DNA of 63,689 nucleotides, filler included, from Guillardia theta CCMP2712 (taxonomy: Eukaryota > Protista > Cryptophyta), in assembly GCF_000315625.1 (NCBI RefSeq). It is 5 parts of 5 records of this genome, joined end to end, with 100 filler letters (N's around TTAATTAATTAA, not from the genome) between each part and the next. Parts side by side here need not be neighbours in the genome. Positions count along the whole stretch, not along the records: positions 15,626 to 26,282 come from NW_005434404.1; positions 26,383 to 41,460 come from NW_005434658.1; 3 more parts are not named here. One strand, written 5' to 3'. The notes under the pieces were generated by a model that saw nothing but the letters and a program-made list of their open reading frames with translations, did no database searches and was not told where the DNA came from. This document shows positions 25,542 to 38,900 of the stretch, one piece after another; the first letter of the stretch is position 1; the number at the start of each line of letters is the position of its first letter. Position numbers and translations under genes: made by a program.

Positions 25542-25985
25542 CCCCGCGAGGAGACGATTGTAACTTTAATCAGACTCAGAGAGTAGAAGCTACCGTTAAA
25601 CGAAAACAGTTCCTCCTCCTCCTCCTCCTCCTCCTCCTCCTCCGAGTCCCTCCTTGCCGCCTTCGTCATGCTCCCCCTCCTAGTCCTCCTAGTCCTCCTA
25701 GTCCTCCTAGTCCTCCCCTCAGCAGCAGCTGCTTACTCCTCATGTGAACTCGATGAGTTTCTTCTTTGTCGGGGGACGAGTCTTGACCTTGACGTCCCCG
25801 TAGACATTGACACAACAAGACAGCCTGACGCCAGCTCAGACGGCGCGGGAGAGAGGAAAAAGGTGGGGGAGGGGCAGTGGGGATGAGAGAAAAGAAGGAA
25901 GGAGATGGAGGCAGTGGGGATGAGGGGGAAGGGGAAGAGGCGGGGGGAGAGAAGGAGCAATACCTGTACGATCCTGGCATCTTAC
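25542..25985. repeat. Diverged segmental duplicate of 20733-21100
   Basis: Shared CGCGAGGAGACGATTG...CAGACTCAGAGAGTAGAAGCTACCGTT...CTCCCCTCAGCAGCAGCTGCTTACTCCTCATGTGAACTCGATGAG...GAGAGAAGGAGCAATACCTGT. Confidence 0.85.
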
Positions 25986-26505
25986 GTAAGAAATTCTCTT
26001 CGTCGATGGACTTGCTGTTAGTGTACTGCAAAGACAATAAGACGAGAAGTGGGAAAAAGAAGGAGAAAATAGGAGAAGAAGATAGAGAAGGAGAGAGCAG
26101 AGAGGAGAGAAAGGGAAACGATGATCATTGCGATAATTGAGTGAGGAAAGGAAAGTGACAAGGAGAGGGGGGAAGAGAGAAGGAAAGGGGAGGGGGAGGG
26201 AGGGGGGAAAGAGGGAGGGGGTGGGAGAGGCAAAACGAGGAGAGCGAGAGAGGGGGAGGGGAGAGGAGGAGGGAGGAGACGGNNNNNNNNNNNNNNNNNN
26301 NNNNNNNNNNNNNNNNNNNNNNNNNNTTAATTAATTAANNNNNNNNNNNNNNNNNNNNNNNNNNNNNNNNNNNNNNNNNNNNTTCCTCCTCCTGCACCTT
26401 CTCCTCCTGCACCACCTCCTCCTCCTGCACCTTCTCCTCCTGCACCTCCTCCTGCACCTCCCCATACTCCCCATTCCGGGGCTGACCAGCAGCAGTGGAG
26501 GACAG

Positions 26506-26731
26506 GTCAAGGAGAATCAGGACAGCACGCTCGCTGTTTCTCTCGCAGGCCATGGGGACGTGCTAGCTGTAATGGACGGGCACGGCGCTGCTGGAGCTCT
26601 GGTGAGCCAGTTCGTGGCGGAGACCCTCAAGGTGAGTAGAGGAGGAGGAGAAGGAGGAGCAGTGGATAGTGAGGACGAGGACGAGGACGAGGAGGACGAG
26701 GACGAGGACGAGGAGGACGAGGGAGTAGGAT

Positions 26732-26764
<33 letters not shown>

Positions 26765-28819
26765 AGAAGTATCTCGTGATGACGTTGTGGTTTGAACAGG
26801 ACAAGTTGCTGAAGGTGCTGCAAGAGGCTGGGCCCGTGCGGCAGGACGAGACTCTGACGGAGAAAGAGCGGAGAACGCTCAAGGAGAAAATAGCTGCAGC
26901 GTTCAAGGAGACAGATGTGGAGCTGAAAGCGGTAGGGGGAGGAAGAGGAGAGGAGGAGGGAGAGGAGGGAGAGAGAGGAGGGAGATAGGGAGGGAGGGAG
27001 GGGAGGCGGAGATGAGGAGGAGCAGTAGTAACAGAGGAGAGTAGGAGCAGGACGAAGGGAAGGGAGTAGTCCAGTAGGGGGGAAGTGGGGGAAGTGGAAG
27101 GAGGAGTGAGGGAAAGGGCCGGAGGAGGGGCAGGAAGGAGGAGGGGGAACGTCATGGTGCGGAAGCGAAAGTGATGGTTGTTCCTACAGGCGCTGGGAGA
27201 ATTTGTTCGTCTGGATTTCGATGGATCAACAGCTGTGAGCTCCTCCTCCTCCTCCTCCTCCCCTTGCTCCCCATTCTCTCTCCTCCTCCTCCTCCTCCTC
27301 CTCCTCCTCCTCCTCCTCCTCCTCCTCCTCCTCCTCCTCCTCCTCCTCCTGCTTTTTCCTCTCCTCCCCCCCTCCTCCCACTGCTTGCTGACACGATCTC
27401 TCAGTGCGTCGTCATCCGTCGGGGCCGATCGCTCATCACGGCGTCGTTGGGCGACAGCTCGTCGGTGCTGGGAGGGAGGAGAGGAGAAGTCCTGAAGCTC
27501 TCCCGCGAGCACGTGCCCGCCGACGACGAGGAGAGGAGCAGGATCGAGCGAGCAGGAGGCATGGTAGCTGCGTTCCCGGACGAGCCTCCACCAGAGGTCA
27601 GGGAGGAGGAGGAGGGGGGGGAGGGGAGGGGGAGGAGAGGACAGAAAGGAGGAGGGCGAGGGTGAAACGAGGGGAGCGAACGAGACAAGTCGTCTTGGGA
27701 GTGAGGAGGAGGCAGTGGATGTAATTGGGAGGGGGGAAGGGGAGGGGAGGGGGAGGGGGAGGAGGAGGAGGAGGGAGGGGATACTGAGAGGAAGAGCAGG
27801 TGACGGGAAAGGGGCGAGTGTTCGTAGCAGGAGAGATGTATCCTGGACTCGCAGTCTCCCGCGCGTTCGGCGATCTGGTGGCAAAGACAGTAGGAGTGAC
27901 AGCCGACGCGGAAGTCACGTTCACAGACGTTGAGGACAAGCATGCGGTGAGAGAGGAGGGAGGGAGGAAGAGGACGCAGGACGCAGGACGCAGCAGGCCT
28001 GAGAGAAGCGAATAGAGCAGAGCAGAGCAGAGCAGAGCAGAGCAGAGCAGAGCAGAGCAGAGCAGAGCAGAGCAGAGCAGAGCAGATTTCTTGTCTTCCC
28101 CTCCTCTCCTCCTCACGATCATCTCACGTGCTCTCAGGTTGTCATCATCGCGTCTGATGGCGTCTGGGATGTGACGACCAGCGAGGAGGCGGTGGCGATT
28201 TGTCTGTCCTACCTCGACAAGAAGGTACATCCTCCTCCTCCTCCTCCTCCTCCTCCTCCTCCTCCTCCTCCTCCTCCTCCTCCTCCTCCTCCTCCTCATC
28301 ATCNNNNNNNNNNNNNNNNNNNNNNNNNNNNNNNNNNNNNNNNNNNNNNNNNNNNNNNNNNNNNNNNNNNNNNNNNNNNNNNNNNNNNNNNNNNNNNNNN
28401 NNNGTTCCCCTGCTCCTCCTCCTCCTCCTCCTCCTCCTACACTAGCCCACTCCCTTTCGTGTGCTTTCCAATCACTTTCTTCCAGGATGCAGTTTTAGCG
28501 GCAGCAGAGTTGGTGGAAGGCGCGAGAGCACAGGTGAGCAAGGGAGGAGAGGGAAGGTGGGAAAGGGGGATGGGGGTGGGGAGGAGGAGGAAGTGGAAGG
28601 GGAGGGGAGGGAGAGGAGAAGCGAGGGAGGGAGAGCAGTCAAAGGAGGAGAATAGTGACTCTTGGTTCAGTGGGAAAATTTCCAGGCTGAGGCGATCGAG
28701 CAAGGGGTAAGGGAGGAGGAGGAGGAGGAGGAGGAGGAGGATAGCAGCTAACAGGACGGCAGAGCAACATCGAATCTTTCCCCATCGATGACATTTCAGC
28801 AGTCGTTGCGTTTTTGTGA
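26506..28819 (+). CDS. Protein phosphatase 2C (PPM family), many exons, 5' end in gap
   Basis: ENQD, VMDGHG, DGSTA, ASLGDS, LSREH, LAVSRAFGD, IASDGVWD and DDIS motifs in order, across GT-AG introns. Confidence 0.9.
28015..28085. repeat. (AGAGC)n intronic pentamer array
   Basis: About 14 perfect units. Confidence 0.9.
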
Positions 28820-29485
28820 CGTTGCGAAATCATGAAATGCTGACTTGACTTGACTTGTTGTCTTTCTTGTTTTCACCTGTCTTTTGATTCTTTCTAGTGC
28901 AATCAGAATAAATTTTTAATGAGAACCTGCAACATGAACTCTGAATGATCAAGAGCGACCAAAACAACAGGCGGCCGTGAAAAATTTCAGCGGACTATCG
29001 TAGGAAGGAAAACACAACAAACACAAGGGGGAGCACATACGAATGATCAATGGAGGTGTGTTGATGAATCATAGTGTGCGTGAATGTCGTAACTAGAGTC
29101 CCTGACGGAAGTTTAGGAAAGCAAACGCAACTTGAACAGCAACAACCATCACGACCACAACCACGTTCGTCATCGTCATCATCATCATCATCGTCATCAT
29201 CATAATTTCCATAATTGTCATCATCACCACCACCACCACCACCATCTCAATCAACAACAACAAAAACATCGTCATCATCATCATTTCATCACTATCACCT
29301 GAACTTGTGATGAGTCGAGTTAAAAGACTCATGCCCGTGGTGCTGATGTGAGCTGCTCTTGCTCAGGCAGGGCACCTGAGATAAGAGTGAGGACATAGAA
29401 GTGAAGGTGATGATGGCGAGCAGGAGGAGGACATGGGGGGAGCAGGGGGAGGCAGGAGAGAGCAGGAGCAGGAGCAGGGGGGGGG

Positions 29486-29530
<45 letters not shown>

Positions 29531-29537
29531 GGGGGGG

Positions 29538-29637
<100 letters not shown>

Positions 29638-29689
29638 TGGGAAATGAGAGCAGATGAGACGAGGAGGAAACAGGGGTTGTAAGATCTGA

Positions 29690-30061
29690 CCAGTGTTCTG
29701 AAAGGTCTCTTGGGCCCATGCAATCTCGTGTGGTTCTTGGCCTTGATGAAGAGAGATGAAGGAATAGTCTTGTCCTCCGAAAGCTGCGCGTTCTAGTTAC
29801 TCCTCCTCCTCCTCCTCCTCCTCCTCCTCCTCCTCTCACCTCAAACTCTCCCTCAAGTCTTCCTGCTGGGATTCCCTTGTCAATAAGATCAACTTGGAAC
29901 TGGTTCAGTCCGTCCTCCGCATCCTTCAAGCTCACTGTCCCACACCTGCTCTCCTTGTTACCTCAAGGCCATCACCAACACAACCAACATCTTCTCCTCC
30001 ACCACCACCACCACCACCTCCTCCTCCTCCTCCTCCTCCTCCTCCTCCTCCTCATCCACCA

Positions 30062-30092
<31 letters not shown>

Positions 30093-32355
30093 ATCATCAT
30101 CATCATCATCGCATTCATCTCGAATGCTAAGTCACCCGATAAGATCGTCAGAGTTGGCAACGTCATAGTCCATGACAGAGAGGCTGATCTGCTCAAAGCT
30201 GCTTCAAGTCAGAAACGTTCCTCTCCTCGACCTTCCCCCTCCCCCTCCCGTCCCTCCCCCGTCTCTCTCCCTCTTCTGTTCACTCCCCTTGACTCCCCTC
30301 CTCCCTTCCTTCTCCCCCTCTCCTCCTCTGTTCTCCCTCGCTCACCGCAGGTCTTGTCTGCTGAATCCCACCAGCCTCAGCTCCGGCAGTCCCGACGGGG
30401 ACCAGTCGGGGTTCAGCGTTCCCAGCTTCACTTCCGTGTACCTTGGCTGCATGACGGAGTCGCCTTGGAACAGGATGTACGGGTCCGACTTTCCCCCCAC
30501 GTCGCTGGCCTGCAAGTCAAAACCTTGGAGGCTCGTGAACTTGATCTTCCAGGTCTGCAGAGGAGGCAGGTCCTCCCCGTGCCGCAGGTGCAGGTGGATC
30601 CGCTCCGAGCTCGTCCTCTGCTGCGTGAAGCCCTTCACTCCCCGCAGCGGCCACCAGTGAGGACGCGGAGGCCTCAGCTGAAGGTTCAGAACGGCGGCCA
30701 CGGGCTTGTGGTCGGAGGAAGAGACCTCGTTGCCGCTCCACAAGTCGCTGCACTGGGACATCAGCGTGTCGAAACTTCGCCAGAGGATGCGGTCGCAGTA
30801 GGCGGGGGAGCGTTCGGAGATGTACTGGATTCCCTTCTTTCTCTCCACCTTGAACGTAGGAGGATGCGTTATCTGTCCCTCGTGGAACCCGAGGAACGAC
30901 TCCCGCTGCTCTCTCGCCTTGATGAGCTGGTCGTAGGACAGCAGCTCCGCAAACTGCTTCTCCTGCACCATCTTCTCGATCGTGTCAAACAGCTCCTTGG
31001 GCGGGGTTTTGGAGTTGGCTCCTTCCCCGAACACCTCGGGGTTAAAGTCGAGCCTGTAGTTCAGGTCCCCCATCCACGTCACGTGGTGGAACTGGCTGAA
31101 GAGGTCGCAGTTGGAGTATCGCCCGAGCTTCAGGCCTCCCGCGATCTCCGAGTAGTCCTCGTTCCTCCTCTTCGTCTGGTTCTGGTGGGCGGCGAGGTGC
31201 GAGGCAACGAACGCCATCGATGTATCCCACACCCACAGCCCGATCCCGACTCCTCCCTTGTTGGCTACCACGTGCCCCAGTCCGCATGCTTCCCCGTCGC
31301 TATGCAGCCCAAGGATCCCAGCCACAACGTCAAGCCGCGCCCACACCCCCATCCTCATCTGCCCCAGCGACTCGTCCTTGACTAAGGTGAAACTGTCGCC
31401 AAGGCACTTGGAGATGCTCTCCATGAAGTCGTCATGGCATGCCAGCTGCCCGCGGGGCTTGTACTCGCACTCTTGCGTGCCAACTACCACCAGCCCTGAT
31501 CGGTCCACCTTCTCCCGCGGGAGCCAACTTGTCAAGTCGGCGGAAGGAACGGCATTCCCCACATTCCAAGTGCCAGCCAGCACGTTGATGTTGGTTGGGG
31601 AGCACGTGGTTTTGACGATCAGCAGCTGCGCGAAGATCTTGCAGGGTAGAAAATCTCCATGGGGGTCCTTGAGAGGAAGTTTTATCACCTCTACCTGCCC
31701 CAGCCCCTCCGCCTCCATGCTCTGCAGGTCCACAGTCTGCAAGTTGTCCAGACTGATGCGCGCAGTTCCGTAGCACACGGACTGCCCGATCCTCCTCGTC
31801 GTCTTCACAGTCATCTCGATCGCAGTCTCGTCGTTGATCTCGAAGGAAGCCACATGGTCGAAGTTCAGCACAGTCCCTGACATCACCTTCGTCTTCGCTT
31901 TCCTCTGACCCATCACCAGCTTCACCAGCGCGTTTGACAAGGTCCCTTCAGACAGAGCGACGGACTGGATCTTGATAGCGACTCTCCTCCTCACGTAGGT
32001 GGCAGAGTATTCCTTGGCCTTCTCCTTGGGGCTCATCCGCGCGGCATTCAGCCGGCTTCTCGCCTTGAGCTCCTTCACCTCGTTGGAGAGCGATTTAACG
32101 ATCGAATCGAACTCGGCCACATTCGCCCGAAGCTCGGCGACCTGAGACCTCAGCGAGAGGATCTCCCCTTCCCTTCCTAGCTCGATTGCCTTGGTTCCCG
32201 ACAAGTCGTGTGCGTTCACGTGGATCGCCATCTCGTGCGGTCCAATCTTTGACTCCAAATTTTCCGGCCACATTGCGTCCGCCCCCAACGCATCCTTCGG
32301 AGTGCTGATGGGCCAGGAGCGGAACAGGAGCTCCGGGGCCTTGGGAAGCTCGCTG
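29690..32355 (-). CDS. Inositol polyphosphate 5-phosphatase flanked by C2 domains; ends uncertain
   Basis: GTWNVG, GTQEC, KGGVG, SHLAAH, WMGDLNYR, PPTFK, PAYCDRILW, SDHKPV; downstream C2 (GKSDPYI...TLNPDW...VMDYD...DDLI) and an upstream C2-like region. Confidence 0.9.
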
Positions 32356-35334
32356 NNNNNNNNNNNNNNNNNNNNNNNNNNNNNNNNNNNNNNNNNNNNN
32401 NNNNNNNNNNNNNNNNNNNNNNNNNNNNNNNNNNNNNNNNNNNNNNNNNNNNNNNAAAAACTACTCAGCTCACTCTCTTCAGCTCCGCCTGCCCCCACAC
32501 GATTGGTACCCCACCTCTCCCTGCTCCCTCACGATGAGACCTGCCCTTCTGCCTGCCTCCTAGGGTTAACTGGTTTCTTCCTCATTCGCCATTATCCCTC
32601 CTCTCTCATGATCGCCCATAGGACTCGTTCTGCCTCTTCCCGATCTGACGAGCCCTCGCGCCTCTCATACCAGCTCGCCGCTCCTCCCTTGGCCTTGTCT
32701 CTTCACTTCTTGCATGTTGACTCACCTCTCTCCTCCCTCTCCTCCTCCTCCCTCTCCTCCTCCTCCCTCTCCTCCCTCTCCTCCTCCTGTCTCTCCTCCC
32801 CTCCTTCGCTCCAGCGTCGCTGCATGTAACTACTCGCAACTTGAACCCTATCCCCCCCACCCACCCCTGTCCTATCCATACCTGTCCCCTCCTTTGTACC
32901 CCACAGTGCCCATTCTGGACCCCACCCCCTATACCAACAGTGACCGACAAAACCACCCTATTGTAAAACTTGAAACTACCCACCCCCTCAAATACCTGTT
33001 CGACCGATTCTGTACCCACCAGTACCCTCCAGCCAAACTTTCGGACCCCAAGAGATGTTCACCCCTTCTTTGCTCTTTGTGGACCCACCCTTTCCCCCAC
33101 ATCCATCCCCTCCCTACCCTTCAACGTTTCATAAAGATTAACTTACTTGAGGACCCCACCCCACCTTCTACAGTCTCCTCACCCTAACCCCACCCCTCTA
33201 CTCCCCTCTTCTTTTCTCCTCCGTCTGTCAGCCGCTCACCGTTGTTTGACTCTTTTTTTTGTTACTCGGACCCCCCGGACCCCCCCTCCCCACCGCCGGG
33301 ACCCCCCAGACCCCTCGCCCCCCCCCGGACCGTCACGGTATGCCAACCCCGTACGCAATTACTAGTAACTATTTGACTACCGTGCACTGCCTCCCCTGCC
33401 TTTACTCAAACTTTTTAAAAGGACCGTAGTTTGATGGCCCCCGGCGGCCCCGGGCCCGGAACGGCGCCCCCCCCCCCCGGCCGGGTGACCGTACCCCGGC
33501 CCCGGCGGCGGCCCGGCCGGGGCCACGACGGCCGCCGCCCCGACGGCACATAGCGTTGACATTTTGCTTTTTCTGCTTTGGGCTGTATGTTTTTCCGTGA
33601 GGGGGTTGTTCTGCTTTCTATGTGGATTGGGGGGTGGCGTGTTTGAGGATTTGAAACAGGGTCCAAATTTCAGGTTTATAACTCTGATGTTGTTTTCCAA
33701 TAAGATATTTTAAACTGTATTGTGGAATGGTTGAGTATAAACAGAGAAGTAGGGCTGCACCCCAGAAGTTGCAGTGAGATCATGGGGTAGTCGACTAACT
33801 AATTTGTAGAGCCTTCTTATGGTACAATTTTATAAACAAGTTTGAACGACCTCTCTACACGCCATGAGCCTCCCCTTGTTTCGGGGCACGTCGCACCGCT
33901 CTGTACTGCCCTAACCATGGCTCGCAAACAGCGAGCCCGCGGCAGCGTGTGCAGACATCAGATGTTCACCGAACCTCCTCATGGGAAATTCCTGAGGTGT
34001 AGAGATGATGATCCTTGAGGAGTGCTTCGTACAGTGCGTGGATCTCACGAAAAATCGTTTGGTGAGCGAAGAGCATCAATAATACAAGTGAAAATCACCA
34101 TCACAGGGATACGTTGCAATCGAAACCGGGTTGTGAAATACCCTAAGCTATCTGCGATGCATGACAGGGAAACTGAGTTGGAGTAGATGGATGGAGATTA
34201 CACACAAGACGACAGGGAATCATCATCCGACGGTGACTGGATTGTTCAAAAGCCGTACAGTCACCAGTGAGCTCAAGAACACATGTCTTCACGATGATGG
34301 CTGATTTGCTCGCAAGAAATACAGTGCATTTTAGCAGTGAGCTGCTCGATTGCTTGAAACCACGATGATCCACAGCACTATCGAATGATAACAAGCAAGT
34401 CCAGTGGTTCGTGAAGGATTCTTCATCCGGTTTTCAAGGATGTGTTGGAACGATGAAACATGTTGCAAATCACCAAGGTCTATGCCATTTGATCACATGA
34501 TGCATCATCTAACTATTACTGGTGTGAACTTGCATCAGATCGTGTGTCCATCAATGAGCCGCTGCCAAGCAAATGATACGGTCACAGCAAACACGAGCAC
34601 TTTGAAGATGCTGATATTCCAGGCCGTTGAAGATGCTGATATTCCAGGCCGATTTGGCAAATCAAAATGGCACACTGACAATCATGATGACTTAACTAAG
34701 TTGAGTAAATATATGACAGTGATCCGATCCCAGACCATCTGGGTCGCAACCGTCACGGAGTCCAGGCGCACAGCGGCCCTCATCGGATCGGACGCAGTCC
34801 GGCCCGATGACCAGTCCGATCAACCGATTTGGATTGAGGGCCTCGGCAGTGCGGCCGGGCCGCGCCCCCCGGCGGGCTCATTTCAGTTTTACTGCCAGAA
34901 CTTCGGAACTTGTGACTCGGCACTGACCGTTGAAACCCACGGGCGGGCCGCCACGGTGACCGCGAAGAAGGTAGTACTAGGTTGACCGTGACCGTTAGGA
35001 CCTCAGTGGCGGCCGCCGGGGCCGGCAGCCGGCGGGCGGCCCGGGCCACCGCGGAACTCACTGAGTCAGGCTGGCACTGAAGCCTCCAGGCTGTACCGAC
35101 AGCCGTTGCGGTTATTAGTACGAGTCACGTGCCGGGGGGGGCACCGTAAACCGCCGCAAACTCCAAAATTAGCATCGAAACCCAAAAAGAGTCTAAAAAT
35201 ACCACCCCGCGGTTCCCTAGTAATGACCAGTCTATTTGATGATGGAGGCAAGTGCAGGAGCACGGCACGTAAGACACGCGGCATAGAGCTAGCATCCCTC
35301 CCTTGCTCTTGCTTGACCAGAACACTCTTAGTCT

Positions 35335-35535
35335 ACCTCCTCCTCCTCGTCCTCCTCCTTCATACTCCTCCTCCTCCTTCATCCTTCATAATCCTCCTCC
35401 TCCTCCTCCTCTTTCATAATCCTCCTCCTCCTCCTCCTTCATACTCCTCCTCCTCCTCCTTCATAATCCTCCTCCTTCATACTCCTCCTCCTCCTCCTTC
35501 ATAATCCTCCTCCTCCTCCTTCATAATCCTCCTCC
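35335..35535. repeat. Composite (CCT)n-TCATA(A/C)T repeat in the probable 5'UTR intron; length variant at 39645-39810
   Basis: Visible units; upstream GT donor (GTAAG/GTGAG) and TCTCAG acceptor conserved in both copies. Confidence 0.7.
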
Positions 35536-35614
35536 TTCTCCTTGCTCTCGCACCTTCTTGTCTTGTTGCTCCGCGCTGAGCTTGTCTCAGGTTGTGAATT
35601 GAAGACGCTCAACC

Positions 35615-38289
35615 ATGACTGTGCGTCATCGCTACGGATACATCGGCGTCTTCGGGGACGAGATTGATACGTACGCAAAGGAAGCAAGCGAGCAGGAGCA
35701 TGTGGACATGCCTCACACTGCTCCCTACCACATGACCTTAATCGCCAAATTTGAAATCCAGCAGCTGGTACTAGAGAATCGCATCAGCCTGGAGGGTCTG
35801 GTGGAGGAAGCGCAACAGTTGGAATCAAGATCCATCTACCCGCTGGGGGTCGGCGGGGATCCCAAGGGAGTCTGCTGGGTGGTCATGGTGTGGAACGCCG
35901 GCAACATCTTCAGGAAGAAACTTGGCCTGCCTTGCAAGCAGTTCCACATCACTCTCAGCAAAGTCGATGATCACAATGTTGACAAGGGAGTGCGATCACT
36001 TAGAGACGAGGGGTTTACAGCAAGACTGGATTCAAGTCAGATGGATCACCTGGTCGTCTCCTGCAACCTCGGCGGCGAGTCCTTGCTCGCCTCCTGCTAC
36101 GCGCGGGAAATGTGCGCCAGGTTCCCTGAGGTAGGAAAGGGCTGGATCCGACTCGGAGACTGTGCTCGGCAGGAAGGAGCTAGCAAGCTTGCGATGCTAG
36201 CGTATGCTCGGAGCCTGCTGTGTCCCCAGGAGAGCGCGAGGCTCGGGGACTACTGCGCCAAGAAGCTCTTGCAGTGCTCTCTTGAGACGGGGTGGGGATG
36301 CTTGTTCGGAGACAACGAGTATGAGCAGATCCCCGACGAGCTGAGAAGCCACCTCCTCTCTCCCTGGCCACGGTCGCTGCGGGAGACGGCCATGCGCATC
36401 TACGAGAGCAACGCTCCTCTCCTTGTCAGCACTCCTCGCATACACCTGCAGGTCCCGCTGGTCAACGTAGGGAGGGCCAAGGCCGAGGCAGGTACAGGAA
36501 GCTTGCTCTTGCTCGTGACTCCATTGACGGCCTGGCAGAGCTCTTCTCTCTCCCCCGCTTCTTCAGCTGGGTCGTCCCTTACTTCCTAGCTGGCATGTCC
36601 ACACCGCGTTGCGAGGCTGACGTCGTTGCCTTGAGCTCCCCGCACGTCGGCGTGCGCCATGTGGTGACGCTGACCGAAGAGGAGCCGCTTCCGGAGGAGT
36701 GGTTCCAGGGCAAGACCGTCTCGCATACTCACCTGCCGATCAGCAACTACCGAGCTCCTTCCATCGAGCAAGTCGACTTCTTCCTCAGGCTCCTCAACGA
36801 CCCGACCAAGACGCCGCTGCTCGTGCACTGCGGGGGTGGCAAGGGTCGAGCTGGGACGTTGCTTGCATGCTACCTTGCCGTCTACGGATGCCAGCCCCCT
36901 GCGACTCAAGATTGGTCTCAACCCGCCATGTCAGCCGGGGAGGCCGTCGCCATGATCAGGCAGCTTCGGCCAGGAAGCATCGAGACGGAGGAGCAGGAGA
37001 AGTTCGTCCACACCTTTGTGAGCGCAGTGTGGAGGAGGCAGTCGGCGCTGGCCGAGCTGCCAGAGGAGCCCCAGGGGATCTCGCTGGAGGTGGAGGGGGC
37101 AGTGGACGAGAACGCAGACCTGGTTATCTTGTGCGGCCTCCCTGGCTCAGGGAAGTCACACGTGGCGAGGATGATGGCGCTGCGAGACGAGCGATGGCTG
37201 GTGGTGTCTCAGGACGAGGCTCGATCCCGCGACGCGTGCGAGCAAGAGGTGTCGAGGCCCGGCAAGCACGGCAAGGTCATCCTTGATCGCTGCAACCCTG
37301 ACCGGGAGGACCGCCGGCGCTGGCTGGCGCTGGCGCAGTGGGCGAGGAAGCCGATCTGTGTGCACTTTGACTACGAGCAACAGCTGTGCGTCGCTAGAGC
37401 ACAGCAGCGGATTGACCATCCCACCCTCACCCCCGGACGTCGCGTGCTGACTGCGATCGAGGCGATGGGGAGGAAGATGGAAGCGCCTGGTCTTGACGAG
37501 GGGTTCGTGGGGGTCTGCCGCGTGCGGTCCTTGGATGCCGCCAACGAACTGATAGGGCGGCTGACGCCGATGCGGATCTGCAAGTTCGTGAGGACGGGGC
37601 ACCTGATCAATCTCGGAGCAGCGACGCCCGACGACATCCTGCTGAAGCTGCCGAGCTCGGGGACAGACGTTGTCATCACCGAGAAGGTGGACGGAGCGAA
37701 CCTGGGCTTTTCCCTCTCCAACGAGAGGACTATCCTTGTGCAGAACCGTTCCCACTACATCAACGCTGCTACCCACGCTCAGTTCCGCCCTCTCTCCGAC
37801 TGGGTGGAGGACCATAGGGAAGGCCTGTACCGCGTCCTCGATCGCGATCCCAGCTTCCCCGAGAGGTACATCCTCTACGGGGAGTGGCTTGTGGCTACCC
37901 ACTCCATCCCCTACACGCGGCTGCCCGATCGCTTCCTGGCCTTCGACCTCTACGACCGCAGCAGCAGGAGCTGGGCGGACCGAGACTCTCTCGCGCTGCT
38001 GCTGGAAGGGACGGGGATCCACATGGTGCCTGTGCTGTACCGGGGGCAGCGACCGAGCGAGAGCCGCCTGCGGGAGATGGTCCATTCGCCCTCCAGCTTC
38101 TACGACGGGCCGGTGGAGGGGATCTACGTGAAGGAGGAGGAGAACGGCCGCGTGCTGAGCAGAGGGAAGATCGTTCGCGCGGACTTCACGGCAGGGATAA
38201 GCGAGCACTGGGAGAGAGCGCCGTTGAGGAAGAACGGGATCGTCCGGGAAGGGGAGGAGGAGGACGGCGAGGAGGAGCTCGGACGATGA
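35615..38289 (+). CDS. Multidomain RNA repair enzyme: 2H phosphoesterase + TPR-like + Cys-based phosphatase + P-loop polynucleotide kinase + ATP-dependent RNA ligase (875 aa; intron 36492-36538)
   Basis: HMTL and HITL (2H); HCGGGKGR (CX5R); GLPGSGKS, SQDE, ILDRCN (kinase); TEKVDG, QNRS, YGEW, FDLYD, EGIY, GKIV (ligase motifs I-V); the 47-nt GT-AG intron joins the two ORFs in frame. Confidence 0.9.
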
Positions 38290-38519
38290 TGGAGAAGGGA
38301 GGGAGGGGAGGGAGGGAGGGGAGGGAGGGAGGGAGGGGAGGGAGGGAGAGGGAGGGAGGGAGAGGGAGGGAGAGGGAGGGAGGGAGAGGGAAGGAGGGAG
38401 AGGGAGGTAGGGAGAGGGAGGGAGAGGAGAGATGATTTCAATGTGATTGAATGAAGTCTTCTGCACCTTGACTGATCTCAGAGTCTGCTGCTCACTCACT
38501 CCCAAGGCTTCAGCCCCGT

Positions 38520-38900
38520 CTTATACCAGCAGAGCACCAGCGGCGCTCAACCTGACCCTCACTGCTAGAGCAAGAGCTCACCTTGCTCGACCCGCTCAGG
38601 ATCACTGGCGGCAGCGAGCCTGTCGACCCTCAGGCTGCCGCCAGCGACGCTGCCGACTTGCCTGCCGGATCGACAGACGGGGGGGGGGTCGAGGGTGCCC
38701 ACCAGCGTGACTGCGCGTGCAGTGGCAGCACTACCGGCATACCAGCAGAGGTGCCAGTCATGGGCGGGATTGGTGGGAGGAGCGTCGGATCAGCAACGAG
38801 ACTCGCCAGATGCCTTCGCGCGATCGCGAGGCCGACGGCAAGCAGCAGCAGCAGAGGAAACAACATCAGGCAGTCACAACTCCAAGGGGCTCTACTAGGC
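38520..38900 (-). CDS. Small hypothetical spliced protein with a hydrophobic segment
   Basis: MLFPLLLLLAVGLAIARRH followed by short GT-AG introns. Confidence 0.25.
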
